Below, piece by piece: positions 62,839 to 64,000 of a DNA stretch of 64,000 nucleotides; position 1 is the first letter of the stretch, and every line of letters begins with the position of its first letter. The stretch comes from Mobula birostris (lineage: Eukaryota): NCBI RefSeq assembly GCF_030028105.1, contig NC_092378.1, positions 40,217,967 to 40,281,966 on the forward strand, given 5' to 3'. Below the pieces are notes generated by a model that saw only the letters and a list, made by a program, of their open reading frames with translations, was not told the origin of the DNA and made no database searches. Made by a program: the position numbers and the translations under genes.

Positions 62839-63686
62839 CAGTGGATTCTGGTTAATTAGGACACATTGGGACCAGTACATTTTGGCCCAATTAAGCAGCT
62901 GTCCCAATTAGCCAAAGTTTCATGGAAATAGTTAAGAAGATATTTAAAAAAGACAAAACGTTGTTTAACTGATTAACAAATTATGTAACAAATTATGTAT
63001 TTAAATGAAGCACAGAACAAATTAAAATATTATCAATACTAATACAGTACTATAAAACTGTATATTAGCTTCTAATAGGTATCAACGGAGGAATTTATTG
63101 CTGCTATGTTCTGATTGACTGTAAATGAACAAAATCAGTGCAGACACTTAGTGTACTTAATGGACTGCCTTCATACAATGCTTTAAACAATTGCATCCTC
63201 CAAATTTTCATTTTCATTGTAACACTCAAGGTGATTGTTGATGCCTTCAAATTCTTTATAATTCTTAACTTGTTGAAGTAATCAAATCCTTTCATTCTCA
63301 CTTCTGGCCATTTCTGGCATCTCCAAGCCTCGACGCTTGAAACCATAGTGATCAAAATAGTTCTGAATGCTCTTAATGCTTATTTCTTGACAACTATCAG
63401 TGAGAAAAATTACTGCTGTTTAAACACAAACACATGTAACTCACACTATTTAAAAACTATTTGCTCTAAGCATGCTGTAATGTATAATAGCCACATAAAT
63501 GTGTGTGACTGACGCTAACTAGAAACTGTTCGGCAGCAGTCTCCTGTCCCATTTAAGCAGCATAGTGTCCCAAATAAATGAAGGAGATCCCGGCTATTTT
63601 CTCAGTTAGTTTTTTGTTACTTAAGAGTTGTCCCAAATAAGTGGCTGCCCCGATTAACTGATGATCCAATTAACCAGAATTCACTG
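62839..63686. mobile_element. Tigger/pogo-like MITE
   Basis: TA|CAGTGGATTCTGGTTAATT ... AATTAACCAGAATTCACTG|TA. Homologous to 41815-42506 in the opposite orientation. Confidence 0.85.
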
Positions 63687-64000
63687 TATTTCAGATTGAA
63701 TGTTCTTTCATATGGCTGGTCATTTCAGCATGTCATTTGCAGGTAAAGTTCTCATGATACCATGGAGAATAGTGGAAAACTATGTGAGGACAATCATTAA
63801 GTTCATTGGAAGACCAAAGTAACATAAATTACTATCAATGCAAAGCTTAGTTATTATCCAGAACAAAGTTGGATTGTATAAGAAACTGCATTGTTCTGCC
63901 ATTTGCCATTCCCTGTCCCGTGAAAGCTCCCCTTCTTGCTAATGCACTGATCCTTGATATAGGAAAATATATTCAGGAGGGATAGACATGAAGGAAGGGG

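Overview
Vertebrate genomic DNA, AT-rich and intron- and transposon-dominated. The repeat set (HE1/V-SINE-like, CR1, Penelope-derived, Rex1/Babar, Tc1, Gypsy) suggests a cartilaginous fish, probably a ray or skate (inference). The window holds the conserved syntenic block IQUB(-) / NDUFA5(-) / ASB15(+). NDUFA5 is complete (5 exons, 116 aa). IQUB is present from a candidate X-box/NRF1 promoter near 39 kb to the first ubiquitin-like-domain exon at 2.9 kb and continues off the left edge. ASB15 has four intact 5' coding exons. The most interesting observations are: (1) an IQUB N-terminus apparently expanded by tandem duplication of symmetric phase 1-1 exons, several with oddly placed 3' splice sites; (2) a frameshifted, decayed fifth ASB15 coding exon, suggesting pseudogenisation or an assembly error; (3) a perfect 100-bp inverted copy of a neighbouring CR1 segment that looks like a templated repair insertion; (4) several nested or inverted transposon insertions. 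There is a 321-N assembly gap at 45988-46308. All homology calls come from by-eye reading and recalled reference proteins; no searches were run. I found no convincing wholly new biological system.
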